A stretch of DNA of 64,000 bases from Phycisphaerae bacterium (GTDB lineage Bacteria; Planctomycetota; Phycisphaerae; SM23-33), in assembly GCA_011050235.1 (NCBI GenBank), contig DRGC01000051.1:18333-82332 (forward strand), written 5' to 3'. Under the pieces are notes generated by a model. That model saw nothing but the letters and a program-made list of their open reading frames with translations, was not told the DNA's origin and made no database searches. Both the position numbers and the translations under genes were made by a program. Positions 1 to 9,260 of the stretch are shown here, one piece after another. The number at the start of each line of letters is the position of its first letter. Position 1 is the stretch's first letter.

Positions 1-1902
1 ACGCGCACGATTAAGGGCATTCCCACCCCCGCCGAGCCGCCCGAGGTCCGCGCCGCCCGCGAAAAGGGCAACGGCTCGGTCGGCGTCGCTAATATCTCCG
101 CCAATTGGGACCTGGCCGTCTCGCAGGGCCTGCTCAAGCGCCGCGAGATCGCGGCCGCCTCGCTCGAGCGGATGGCCGATGACGAAGAGGCCGTCCAGTC
201 GATGACGGCCTGCATCGAGGTCATCGACGCGGCGCTGGACCTGGCCGCGCGCTACGCCGACGAGGCCCGCGCCCAAGGCCGCGACGACCTCGCCGAGATC
301 CTCGACCACGTGCCGGCCCATCCGCCGCGCACCTTCCACGAGGCGCTGCAGAGCTTTAAGTTCCTCCACTCCCTCACCTGGATGCAGCCGACCGCCCACG
401 TCACGCTCGGCAGGTTCGACCAATACATGCTGCCCTACTACCAAGCCGATCTCGACGCCGGGCGCATCACCGAGGACGAAGCCTACGAACTGCTGTGCGA
501 ACTGTTCATCAGCTTCAACAAGGACAACGACCTTTATCCCGGCGTCCAGCAGGGCGACAACGGCCAATCGATCATGCTCGGCGGCGTCAAGCCCGAAGAC
601 GGCTCGTGCGCGGTCAACGCCCTGACGTACCTGATCATGCGGGTCAGCCACGACGTCAACATGATCGACCCGAAGATCAACCTCCGCGTCGACACCAACA
701 CCGAGCTGGACCTGCTGATCGAGGCGGCCAAGCTCACTCGCCGCGGGCTGGGCTTCCCTCAGTACGCCAACGACGACGTGGAGATTCAGTCGCTCGTCAA
801 CGCCGGCTACGACCTCGAAGACGCCCGCGACTACGTCGTGGCCGCCTGCTGGGAGTTCATCATCCCCAGCGTGGCGCTGGACGTGCCGAACATCAACGCC
901 GTCAACTTCCTGGCCGCCGCCGACACGGCTATCCGCGAGGGCCTCGCCGCCCAGGACGACTTCGACGGCATCATGGACCGCACCCGCCAGAACATCTTCG
1001 ACCAGGTCGACGTCTACGTGGCGAGCTGGCGGCGGTGGTCGCTGTACCATCCGTACCCCTGGTACACGGTGCTGATGAGCAACTGCCTCGAAACCGGGCG
1101 CGACGCCAACCGCGGCGGCGTGAAGTACTACAACTGCGGCATTCACGGCTCGGGCTCAGCCAACGGGGCCGACGCGCTGGCGGCGGTTAAGACATTCGTC
1201 TTCGACAACAGCGTCATCGAGCGCGGCGATTTGATGACAGCCCTGGTGACCAACTTCGAAAACGACGAGCCGCTGCGGAAGAAGTTGCTCAACGAAGGCC
1301 CGAAGGTCGGCAACAACGACGATTACGTCGATGACATCCTGATCAAACTGTTCAACGACTTTGCCGACGCCTGCGAATCGCACAAGACCGACATCGGCCG
1401 ATCGACCGTGGTGCGGCCTGGGACGGGCTCGGCGATGTATTACGTCTCGCTCGTCCGCTGCAAGCAGGAGGAGATGATGGAGCCGGTCGTCGAAGGGGCG
1501 TCGGCCGACGGGCGACACAAGGGCGACTTCATCGGCTCGTCGCTGGCCCCCTCGCCCGGCGTGCAGATTCGCGGGCCCGTCAGCGTGCTGCAATCGTTCA
1601 GCAAGATCGACTACAGCCGCATCTGCAACGGCGGCCCGATCACCATGGAATTGGCCGACACCGTCTTCCGCGATGAAGACGCCATCCGCAAGGTGGCGAT
1701 GCTGATCCGCACCTTCGTCGAGCTCGGCTGTCAGCAGTTGCAGATCAACACGCTGAACGTCGAGACGCTCCAGGACGCCAAGGCCCACCCCGAACTCCAC
1801 AAGAACCTCATCGTCCGCGTGTGGGGCTGGAGCGGCTACTTCTGCGAACTCGACGAGCCCTACCAGGATCACATCATCGGCCGACACATGCTGGCGATGT
1901 GA
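1..1902 (+). CDS. Glycyl radical enzyme (pyruvate formate-lyase family), C-terminal ~630 aa; 5' end lies upstream of the window
   Basis: Frame 1 is open from base 1 into the 172..1902 ORF. The C-terminus VRVWGWSGYFCELDEPYQDHIIGRHMLAM mirrors the PFL-family glycyl-radical motif (RVSGY...) roughly 25 aa from the end. Length and composition fit a glycyl radical enzyme. Confidence 0.8.
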   Translation, partial: TRTIKGIPTPAEPPEVRAAREKGNGSVGVANISANWDLAVSQGLLKRREIAAASLERMADDEEAVQSMTACIEVIDAALDLAARYADEARAQGRDDLAEILDHVPAHPPRTFHEALQSFKFLHSLTWMQPTAHVTLGRFDQYMLPYYQADLDAGRITEDEAYELLCELFISFNKDNDLYPGVQQGDNGQSIMLGGVKPEDGSCAVNALTYLIMRVSHDVNMIDPKINLRVDTNTELDLLIEAAKLTRRGLGFPQYANDDVEIQSLVNAGYDLEDARDYVVAACWEFIIPSVALDVPNINAVNFLAAADTAIREGLAAQDDFDGIMDRTRQNIFDQVDVYVASWRRWSLYHPYPWYTVLMSNCLETGRDANRGGVKYYNCGIHGSGSANGADALAAVKTFVFDNSVIERGDLMTALVTNFENDEPLRKKLLNEGPKVGNNDDYVDDILIKLFNDFADACESHKTDIGRSTVVRPGTGSAMYYVSLVRCKQEEMMEPVVEGASADGRHKGDFIGSSLAPSPGVQIRGPVSVLQSFSKIDYSRICNGGPITMELADTVFRDEDAIRKVAMLIRTFVELGCQQLQINTLNVETLQDAKAHPELHKNLIVRVWGWSGYFCELDEPYQDHIIGRHMLAM

Positions 1903-2066
1903 GAAACGGCTTAGCCACAGACTTGTCCGCCATAGCCCAAAGGGCGACGGTGGAGACGCAGAGCCGCAGAGAACAGCAAGGAGAAGTACTGGTCAGAAAC
2001 GTACCAAGCGCGGCCATTCCTTAGGGACCGCCGCGTTTCTTTGCGCACGGGACCCAAGCGGGACGC

Positions 2067-2582
2067 CTAGAAGTAGTCCACAAGTCTCCGCAGTACGGCG
2101 TTGACGTACGCGGAGCGTGAGATGTTTCCGGACTCCCGGTCAAGCTGCTCGGCCTCTTGCCTGACTTTCTCAACCAGGGGTCCGTACGTTTCCAGGTCCT
2201 CTTCCAGCTTGGCTTGCCACTCCTCGACCAGGATCTGGACTTTTTCGAGCTCATCCTTGTCGAGCCAGATGCCGCTGCACTCGGGGCACCTGTCGATGGC
2301 GATCCCCGAGGAGCACGCGTAGTTGAAGCGGTTCAGCTCCACGCCGGGGCACTTGGGGCAGGACACCTCATTCTCGACCTCGTCGTCGATCGAGAACATG
2401 TTCTTGTTGATCGCGTCGAGCGAGTCCCTCATCTCCCTCGGGAAGGTCTCTTCCACGGTCCGGACGATTTGGCCGAGCTCCCCCCCGTCCAGCCATTCGC
2501 CGCCGCAGCCGGTGCAGGTCTCAATCTTCCCGCCTTCATAATCAATCGTTCTCAGTCCACCGCCGCATCTTGGGCACGTCAT
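2067..2582 (-). CDS. Zinc-ribbon protein with two zf-TFIIB-like C-x2-C...C-x2-C...WLD modules
   Basis: ORF 2067..2687 contains CPRCGG...CTGCGGEWLD and CPKCPG...CPECSGIWLD. The internal ATG at 2582 has an AAGGGAG-like RBS about 7 nt upstream; the ORF-track start at 2687 is GTG, so the start is uncertain. Confidence 0.55.
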   Translation of the reverse strand: MTCPRCGGGLRTIDYEGGKIETCTGCGGEWLDGGELGQIVRTVEETFPREMRDSLDAINKNMFSIDDEVENEVSCPKCPGVELNRFNYACSSGIAIDRCPECSGIWLDKDELEKVQILVEEWQAKLEEDLETYGPLVEKVRQEAEQLDRESGNISRSAYVNAVLRRLVDYF

Positions 2583-2769
2583 GTTCGCTCCCTTTCCCGA
2601 CAAGGCCGTTTCGATATCGCAGATATTGCCATGATCGGCACGAAAAAGAAAGTCCGAGCCGAACATTCCCCCAGCCGAATCCGCCACCTACCCCAACGCG
2701 AGGCCGCCAACGGCATTAGGCGCGACCGTCACCCCCACCAAGTCGGCGACGGCTAGAGACAGCCGCATC

Positions 2770-3035
2770 TTCTTTCGAGCCCCAAAGGGGCGTCAGAAAA
2801 TAGCCGGGGGCGCGAGCCCCCGGATAACGGCCTTAACCGCGCAGAGCCCCGAGGGGGCGACAGAAGATGGATGCTGAAAACGTCTGTCGCCCCTTCGGGG
2901 CTTTACCTTCTCCAGAATCTGCTACCGGGGCCTGACGGCCCCGGCTACTGACTGCCGGCCCTGCGGGCCTTCACCGACGAACCAACGCCGCTTCTGGGTG
3001 CAGAAAGAAGCGGCGGAGCCGTGAGAATCAACTGC
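2770..3035. repeat. Multi-hairpin structured intergenic element, copy A (homologous to 27590..27790)
   Basis: Consecutive stem-loops: tagccgggggcgcgagcccccgga; gagccccgagggggcgacag...ctgtcgccccttcggggct; ccggggcctgacggccccgg; ccggccctgcgggcc. The same modules in the same order recur at 27590..27790 with covarying stems. Confidence 0.7.
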
Positions 3036-3037
3036 TC

Positions 3038-3571
3038 CTACTGGACCGGCGGGATGAGGCCGTTGTCTTTGGAAAAGCTGGCCCGGACGTTCGGGCGGCT
3101 TAGGACCTTGAGCGTGACGACCCCCAGCACGGTCCCCAACGGGAAGAACGCGCAGCTAGCTATCGCCACGAGGTAGCACACCCAGTAGCCGCGCCGCCGC
3201 TTGAGCAGCCAGCCCGAAACGGCCAGGAAAATCAGCCAGACAAGCGTCGCCATCGCGACGAGGGCCGCGAGGATCATGCCCAGGAAGGCGCCCAGGACCA
3301 TGCTGCCGAGGAAAGCGGCCCAGGCGCCCTCCCCATATTGAGGGCCCGACGGGTCCCCCACCACCAGCGCCAGAAAAGCAAGCGCCACTATGGGAAACCA
3401 CAGAACCACCGCGATTGTATCCCCGAAGCCGCTGATCTTGAGACAGACGCCCGCAGCCACTATGGCCAGCAATATCCCAATCGCCAGGCCGTAGTGCCAG
3501 CGTGACAGCAGGTGCAGATGTCGGTTGTCTCGATTCACCGTCCGGTTGCCCCGTCTACAGGCGGCTGTCAT
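3038..3571 (-). CDS. Hypothetical multi-pass membrane protein
   Basis: 177-aa ORF with several hydrophobic helices (LAIGILLAIVAAGV, IVALAFLALVVG, VLGAFLGMILAALVAMATLVWLIFLAVSGWLL). No recognisable catalytic motif. Confidence 0.5.
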   Translation of the reverse strand: MTAACRRGNRTVNRDNRHLHLLSRWHYGLAIGILLAIVAAGVCLKISGFGDTIAVVLWFPIVALAFLALVVGDPSGPQYGEGAWAAFLGSMVLGAFLGMILAALVAMATLVWLIFLAVSGWLLKRRRGYWVCYLVAIASCAFFPLGTVLGVVTLKVLSRPNVRASFSKDNGLIPPVQ

Positions 3572-3797
3572 TGTATCGGATCGCCGCGCCCAAACAAGAA
3601 AAGCGCGGCGGGATCGGTCCTGCCTGCCGGTAGGCAGGATCCCGCCGCGCTATCGTCAAGACGATCTTCGTGCTCTTTGTGTCCTTTGTGGTGATCCGTT
3701 ACTTCCCGCCTTCGCCAATTCTCCTTCGCCAATTCTCCTTCGCCAAGGCTTCGGAGAAGGGCGGCTTCGGCGAAGGACGGCTTCGGCGGGCTGGATG

Positions 3798-5570
3798 CTA
3801 TGCATCCAGTTTTTCAATCGCGGCTTCGCGGGTCTGGATGGCGTGGATCTTGGCCATGTCGAACTTTTCGGAGCGGTCGAAGTAGTAGATGCCGTTCTCT
3901 TCCTGCCAGACATCGGTCAACTGCGTGTAGCAGTAGCCGAACTGGTCCGGGTCGTCCAGCAGGCGGTTGAACAGCTTCTCGAACCGGTCGTAGAACTCCT
4001 CGATGTCCTTGGGCCGATTGCCGTAGCCCCAGGAGTCGCCCTCGCCGGACTGCTTGGCGTGCCACCAGATGCCGCCGAACTCGCTGACGAAATACGGCTG
4101 GCCGTTGTAGGGCAGCGAGATCGGGCTCTCGGGGCTGCCGTTGAGGAACGGGTCGCCGTCGGCCAGGCCGTCCTGGTTGGCCGAGAACTTCTCGGGGACC
4201 TGCTCGTAGTCGTGGCTGTCGTAGATCTCGCATTCGCGGACGAAGTGCGAGTAGCCGGACGAATCCAGCACCGGGCGGGTGGGGTCCATGGCCTTTGCGG
4301 CCAGGTACATCGCCCGCGTCACGTCCATCAGCGGGGTGATCCTGTCGGTGATGGCCTCGGCCGTCTCGTTAAGCCCGCACCAGCCGACGATGGCCGGGTG
4401 GCTGTAATCGCGCTCGAGTTCTTCCAGCCACTGGGCCACCATGCTCACCGGCGGGTTGTTGCGATCGATGCCCCAATCGCCGAACTCACCCCACACCAGG
4501 TAGCCCAGGCGGTCGCAGTGATAGAGGAACCGCTCTTCGAAGACCTTCTGGTGCAGGCGAGCCGAGTTGAAGCCCGCCGCCATCGACAGTTCGATATCGG
4601 CGATCAGCGCCTCCTCAGACGGTGCGGTCAAAATGCCGTCGGGGTAGTAGCCCTGGTCCAGCACCTGTCGCTGGAAGACGTTCTTGCCGTTGATCTTGAC
4701 CGCCTTCCCGTCGATGCTCACGCTCCGCATGCCGGCGTAGCTGTCGACGGCGTCGACGACCTTGCCGTCGGCGTCGACAAGCTCGAGCTTGATGTCGTAC
4801 AGGTTGCCTTCGCCCGCCGCCCAGAGCTTCAGGTCGGCTTCGGCTATCACCAGGTCCAGCATCGGGGCGAAGTCCTTGTCGGCGGCGACTTCGGCGCGAG
4901 CGACCTGGTTGCCGTCGAAGCTGGCCGTCGCCCGAAACACCAGGCCCGGCGTGTTGTTGCTGATCGGCTGGGCGATGGTGAAGCGGCGGTTGGCCACATC
5001 CGGCGTGATCCGGGCGCGCTTCAGGTGCACCTCGGGGACCGGCTCGAGCCAGACGCTCTGCCAGATGCCGGTCGTCCGCGTATACATGCAGCCGTAGCGG
5101 CCGTACTGGTCGGACTGCTTGCCGCCGGGCTGGTTGCCGCGCGTGTTGTCGCGGGCGCGGACAACGATAGTCGCCTTGCTGCCGGCCTCGGCGACGCCCG
5201 AGAGGTCTGCAGTGAAGGGCGTCCAGCCGCCGCGGTGGCGATAGAGTTCCTTGCCGTTGACCCACACTGTGGCGTCGTAGTCGACGGCCTGGAAGTGCAG
5301 CAGGATCTTTCGGCCGGCCCAGTCAGCGGGGATATCGACGTCGCGGCGATACCAGACCGCCTTCATGAAGTCTTCGTTGCCGACGCCGCTGAGCGGGCTC
5401 TCGGGGCAGAACGGCACGGTGATTTCGCCATCGAGCTTGGCCTTGCCGGTCAGGCCTCGCTCCAGGCCGGTGTCGCCGTTGTCAATCTCGAACTGCCACT
5501 GACCGTTAAGGCACAGCCAATCGGGCCGGGCAAACTGCGGGCGCGGGTACTCACTTCGAGGAATGCTCAT
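3798..5570 (-). CDS. Glycoside hydrolase family 2 (beta-galactosidase/beta-glucuronidase/beta-mannosidase-like)
   Basis: 590 aa with GH2 N-terminal sugar-binding, Ig-like and TIM-barrel architecture (WYRRDVDIP..., NSARLHQKVFEERFLYHCDRLGYLVWGEFGDW, GWCGLNE). The 772-aa antisense ORF 3525..5843 is judged spurious. Confidence 0.85.
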   Translation of the reverse strand: MSIPRSEYPRPQFARPDWLCLNGQWQFEIDNGDTGLERGLTGKAKLDGEITVPFCPESPLSGVGNEDFMKAVWYRRDVDIPADWAGRKILLHFQAVDYDATVWVNGKELYRHRGGWTPFTADLSGVAEAGSKATIVVRARDNTRGNQPGGKQSDQYGRYGCMYTRTTGIWQSVWLEPVPEVHLKRARITPDVANRRFTIAQPISNNTPGLVFRATASFDGNQVARAEVAADKDFAPMLDLVIAEADLKLWAAGEGNLYDIKLELVDADGKVVDAVDSYAGMRSVSIDGKAVKINGKNVFQRQVLDQGYYPDGILTAPSEEALIADIELSMAAGFNSARLHQKVFEERFLYHCDRLGYLVWGEFGDWGIDRNNPPVSMVAQWLEELERDYSHPAIVGWCGLNETAEAITDRITPLMDVTRAMYLAAKAMDPTRPVLDSSGYSHFVRECEIYDSHDYEQVPEKFSANQDGLADGDPFLNGSPESPISLPYNGQPYFVSEFGGIWWHAKQSGEGDSWGYGNRPKDIEEFYDRFEKLFNRLLDDPDQFGYCYTQLTDVWQEENGIYYFDRSEKFDMAKIHAIQTREAAIEKLDA

Positions 5571-5734
5571 CGCTTGTCCTTTCGTGCGTCACGATCACCG
5601 GGGAAACGCCGCCGGGGATTGGTATGGCTTTGGTCCTTCCGAACACCGGCCCGAAGGTCGGTGGAAAGCGCGGAGTCTAGGCGAGAGATTCCCCGAATGC
5701 AAGAGCATCGAAGGCGGTCAGACGACCATCCCAT

Positions 5735-6970
5735 CTACCTTTCGGCCGATGGGAAGAACTCGTACCCGCGCAGGTCAACGGCCCGCCCCGGTCGCGCCCA
5801 GGCAACGTCGCCTAACTCGCTCGGCAGCGCGCCGCGGTCGTAGCACGCCTCAAGAACGTCCCCCAGGCCGTCCACCCAGACCAGTGGGTCGCCTTGGCTG
5901 TCTGTCGTGCGAATCACGTCGGCGGGTAGCGGTGCGATCTGCGGCATCGATTCCTGCGCCCCGTTGACGCACAGCGTCTGGGGCATGCCTGCTTCGATGG
6001 GACAGTCCACCTCGCCCTGCCCCCGCGCGGCGGCGACGGCCTGGCGGAACTTGTTCATGTGCCCTTCCGCCGGATCGCCGTAGATGCGCCGGGCGCCGTC
6101 GTGGAACTCCGCCACGATTTGCTTATCGCCGTCGTGGTCATAGGTGACGACCGCCTTGTCGAACTCGTAGCAAAACACCGGCCCGCGACCGTCAGCGGTT
6201 GAATGCGTCGTGAAGTACACTATTTCCACGTCGTCACTGGTGCGGCACCGAATGGCGGCGGTGTCGTAGTTCTCGATCGGCTTGGCCCGATACAGTTCCG
6301 CCTGAACAGTCGCCGGAGTCGCGCTGGTCGTCCGCGTCGGCCCAAGCACGTAGAACATATTGTGCAGGAAGTGGGCGGTGGCGTTGTTGGCGGGGCCATC
6401 GAGCACCCACGCGCCGTCATCGCTGCGGAGGCGACCGGCCCAGTTATTGCGCGTGTAATACGACAGCGGCCGGGGCCAGCAGGCAAGCGTCCGCAGGCGA
6501 ACGGGCCTGCCCAACTCGCCGGCCAGGATGTCACGCTTGAGCGATTGGATCGCATCGGAATACGACCACTGGTACCCGATAGCCAGAGGTCGGCCGGCAG
6601 CTTGGGCGGCGTCGAACATCGCCCGGGCATCCTGGATCGTGCCGGCGACCGGCTTTTCGCATAGCGCAGCCGCCCCATTGGCCAGGGCCAGCAGCGTCTG
6701 CGGCCTGTGGCAGTGAATGGGCGAGGCGATCACCGCCAGATCGGCAGACCCGCAGCGATAGAACTCCTCAAAGCTGTCGAAGACCGGCACATGGCGCCGC
6801 TTCAATTCATCAAGCTTAGTGCAGCGCTGCGGCTGGGGATCGACAACGCCGACAAGCTTCACGCCGCTATCGGCCGGCGCTTTCAGGACCTCCCGCACGT
6901 AAGCGCCCCCGTAGCCGCCGATGCCTATCAACACCACGCGGACCTCCGAACTGCCGCCGGAACGAGTCAA
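5735..6970 (-). CDS. Gfo/Idh/MocA family NAD(P)-dependent oxidoreductase
   Basis: N-terminal Rossmann motif VVLIGIGGYGGAYV and EKP motif (LCEKPVAG) of the Gfo/Idh/MocA family. Overlaps the upstream gene by 4 bp (ATGA), suggesting coupling. Confidence 0.8.
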   Translation of the reverse strand: MTRSGGSSEVRVVLIGIGGYGGAYVREVLKAPADSGVKLVGVVDPQPQRCTKLDELKRRHVPVFDSFEEFYRCGSADLAVIASPIHCHRPQTLLALANGAAALCEKPVAGTIQDARAMFDAAQAAGRPLAIGYQWSYSDAIQSLKRDILAGELGRPVRLRTLACWPRPLSYYTRNNWAGRLRSDDGAWVLDGPANNATAHFLHNMFYVLGPTRTTSATPATVQAELYRAKPIENYDTAAIRCRTSDDVEIVYFTTHSTADGRGPVFCYEFDKAVVTYDHDGDKQIVAEFHDGARRIYGDPAEGHMNKFRQAVAAARGQGEVDCPIEAGMPQTLCVNGAQESMPQIAPLPADVIRTTDSQGDPLVWVDGLGDVLEACYDRGALPSELGDVAWARPGRAVDLRGYEFFPSAER

Positions 6971-7980
6971 TCGTCGACCCCCTCATCTGCGCCGAAGGTG
7001 ATCGTACGCCCTTCGTCGGCCGATTGGCGGGCGAGCAGGCAGGCCTCGGTGACGGCGAACGTGTCGTCCGCACCGATCAGGGCGGTCGTGCGCCCTTCGA
7101 CGTGATCGACAAAGTCACGGAAAATTTGCCGGTCGCCGCAGGGCGAGAGCGCCTGGACTCCGTCGGAGGTCCGATCGATCAGCGTGGCCCGGCCGTCGGC
7201 GACCTCGACCACGCCGCCCGTGCCGACAACCCGAACGCGGTCGTCCCCGTGCGTCGGCGCCCGCTCCGGCCGGTAGTAGTCGATGCTGGCCGAGGCGAAC
7301 ACCTCGCCGGCAAGTGTGAAATGACACAGCGCCGAGGTCTCCAGTTCGCCGTGGTCGTCGTTGCACCTGGCCGAGTGCGTGGCGTAGACCGATTCGAACG
7401 GCCGATCCGCGAACCAGTGAATCCAGTCGATAGCGTGGCTGCCCACCCAGGGGATCGTCCCGCCGTAAGTCGCCCGCGTGTGATAGTAGCTCGCCCGCCG
7501 GCCCAATTTGTAGCTCTTGCGCGTATTGATCAGGCGGACCTCGCCGACAGCGCCATCCTGCACCGCACAGTGGGCGGCATAGAAAGCCCTGTCGTACCGC
7601 AGGCCCATCATCGCGGCGAAGTGAAGGTCGGTCCCGGCGTGGGCGGCTTTCAGCGAGGCGAGCTCCTCCAGCGTCAGGGCGACCGGCTTCTCGCAGAACA
7701 CGTGGATGCCGCGATCCAGCGCGGCCAGGCACATCCCGGCATGCTGCTCGAAGGGGCCGGCAATGGCGACGACATCCGGGCTGCAGGCGTCGAGCATCTG
7801 CAGATACTCGCCGAAAACCTCAGGCCTCTGGCCCAGCCGGTCGCACTCGCTCGTCAACACCCCCACGTCGTCTTCGCCGGCCCCGGCCGAGACGCCGACC
7901 ACCTGCACGCCCGGCAGGTCCGCCAGCCCGTCGAACACGTAGCCCGCGTGTCCGCGAACGCCCACGATGCACAGCTTCAT
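6967..7980 (-). CDS. Gfo/Idh/MocA family oxidoreductase
   Basis: Starts at MKLCIVGVRGHAGYV (Rossmann) and contains FCEKPVALT. The ORF-track N-terminal extension back to 8298 lacks homology and was trimmed to the ATG at 7978-7980. Confidence 0.8.
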   Translation of the reverse strand: MKLCIVGVRGHAGYVFDGLADLPGVQVVGVSAGAGEDDVGVLTSECDRLGQRPEVFGEYLQMLDACSPDVVAIAGPFEQHAGMCLAALDRGIHVFCEKPVALTLEELASLKAAHAGTDLHFAAMMGLRYDRAFYAAHCAVQDGAVGEVRLINTRKSYKLGRRASYYHTRATYGGTIPWVGSHAIDWIHWFADRPFESVYATHSARCNDDHGELETSALCHFTLAGEVFASASIDYYRPERAPTHGDDRVRVVGTGGVVEVADGRATLIDRTSDGVQALSPCGDRQIFRDFVDHVEGRTTALIGADDTFAVTEACLLARQSADEGRTITFGADEGVDD

Positions 7981-8228
7981 AGCGTTGGCCGTCTCCGAGA
8001 ATCGGTCGCCGTTGCGCCCAACCGCATGACGCTTGCGCCTGACCGCATGATGGCTGAGAGTATGGCCCATGCGCCGCCCCGGTTCAAGGTCACCCTCACG
8101 AGGCAGCTCAAAGAACAGCACTTCCTTGTATTTGTCCTCCAGAAGATTGTCGCAGGCCAACACGCCGCCTATGATGATAGCGAGCAGACGTTCCTGGCCC
8201 GGCCACGCCGTCAGGGAGCCGCCTTCGC

Positions 8229-9182
8229 GTGAACCACTTCGAACAGACCATGTCCGCCGATTCAGATACCGCCCTCCGCGCGGTCGCCCTGGAGACAATC
8301 CAAGTCAACGTCGGCCTGCTGTGCAACCAGGAATGTTCGCACTGTCACCTGGCCTGCTCGCCGCAGCGCCGCGAGATCATGGACTGGTCGACGATGGAGT
8401 TGGTGCGCGAGGCCGCGGCAGCCGCCGACGTCGACCTGGTCGATATCACCGGCGGCGCGCCGGAACTCAACCCGCACCTGCCGCACTTGATCCGGGCTCT
8501 TCGCAGCGACGGGCGGGCCGTCCAGGTCCGCACCAACCTCACCGCCCTGCTGGCAGCGGACACGCAGCACCTCATCGGGCTGTTCCGTGACTATCAGGTC
8601 CGCCTGGTCGCCTCTCTGCCGTGCTATCTGCCAGAAAACGTCGACGCCCAGCGCGGTGGAGGGGTCCACCGACAGAGCATCGAGGCCGTCCGCCGACTCA
8701 ATGCCACCGGGTACGGGCGAGCAGGCGGGCTGCAACTGGACCTCGTCTACAACCCCGTCGAGCTGGACCTGCCGCCGGTCCAGTCGCAGCTCGAGGGCGA
8801 CTTCCGCCAAGAGCTTCACCGGCGCTTCGGCATAACCTTCACCAATCTTCTGACGATCACCAACGTGCCGATCGGCCGATTCGGCGACTCGCTCGATCGC
8901 CAGGGCCGCCGGGGCGAATACATGGACCTGCTGGTCGACTCGTTCAACGCCAAGACGGTCGAGGCCCTGATGTGCCGCCGCCAGATCAGCATCGGCTGGG
9001 ACGGCACGCTGTACGATTGCGACTTCCACCTCGCCGTCGGCCGACCGGTGAGCTACGGCGCGCCGGACCACATCCGCCGTTTCGACCCCGCCGCTCTCGC
9101 CGCCCGCCGGATCGTCACAGCCGACCACTGCTTCGCCTGCACAGCCGGCTTCGGCTCCTCCTGCCGGGGCGCCCTGGTCTGA
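8229..9182 (+). CDS. Radical SAM/Cys-rich domain protein (ArsS-like family)
   Basis: CNQECSHC matches CxxxCxxC for the radical SAM 4Fe-4S cluster. The C-terminal Cys-rich tail (DCDFHLA...HCFACTAGFGSSC) is typical of the radical SAM/Cys-rich family. Start is GTG at 8229 or ATG at 8250. Confidence 0.8.
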   Translation: MNHFEQTMSADSDTALRAVALETIQVNVGLLCNQECSHCHLACSPQRREIMDWSTMELVREAAAAADVDLVDITGGAPELNPHLPHLIRALRSDGRAVQVRTNLTALLAADTQHLIGLFRDYQVRLVASLPCYLPENVDAQRGGGVHRQSIEAVRRLNATGYGRAGGLQLDLVYNPVELDLPPVQSQLEGDFRQELHRRFGITFTNLLTITNVPIGRFGDSLDRQGRRGEYMDLLVDSFNAKTVEALMCRRQISIGWDGTLYDCDFHLAVGRPVSYGAPDHIRRFDPAALAARRIVTADHCFACTAGFGSSCRGALV

Positions 9183-9260
9183 CGCCCCTACCCCCCCGGC
9201 CCGTGAGCGGCAGACCCCTCGCCCGCGCCCCTTTGATTTGACGCCGCCGAACCGCTCTAT

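Noticed and set aside
495-1190. 231-aa Arg/Pro-rich ORF in an alternative frame of the GRE gene
   Set aside because: Frame-shifted translation within a conserved GRE coding region; extreme Arg/Pro bias.
2033-2050. Exact 18-nt repeat ccgcgtttctttgcgcac also found at 32803..32820
   Set aside because: In both places it forms the U-tract-side half of a factor-independent terminator following a plus-strand gene (GRE and flotillin); more likely convergent terminator sequence than a mobile element.
3525-5843. 772-aa ORF antisense to the GH2 gene
   Set aside because: Low-complexity Ala/Arg/Val/Gly-rich translation typical of stop-codon-poor antisense frames in high-GC DNA; the opposite strand encodes a recognisable GH2.
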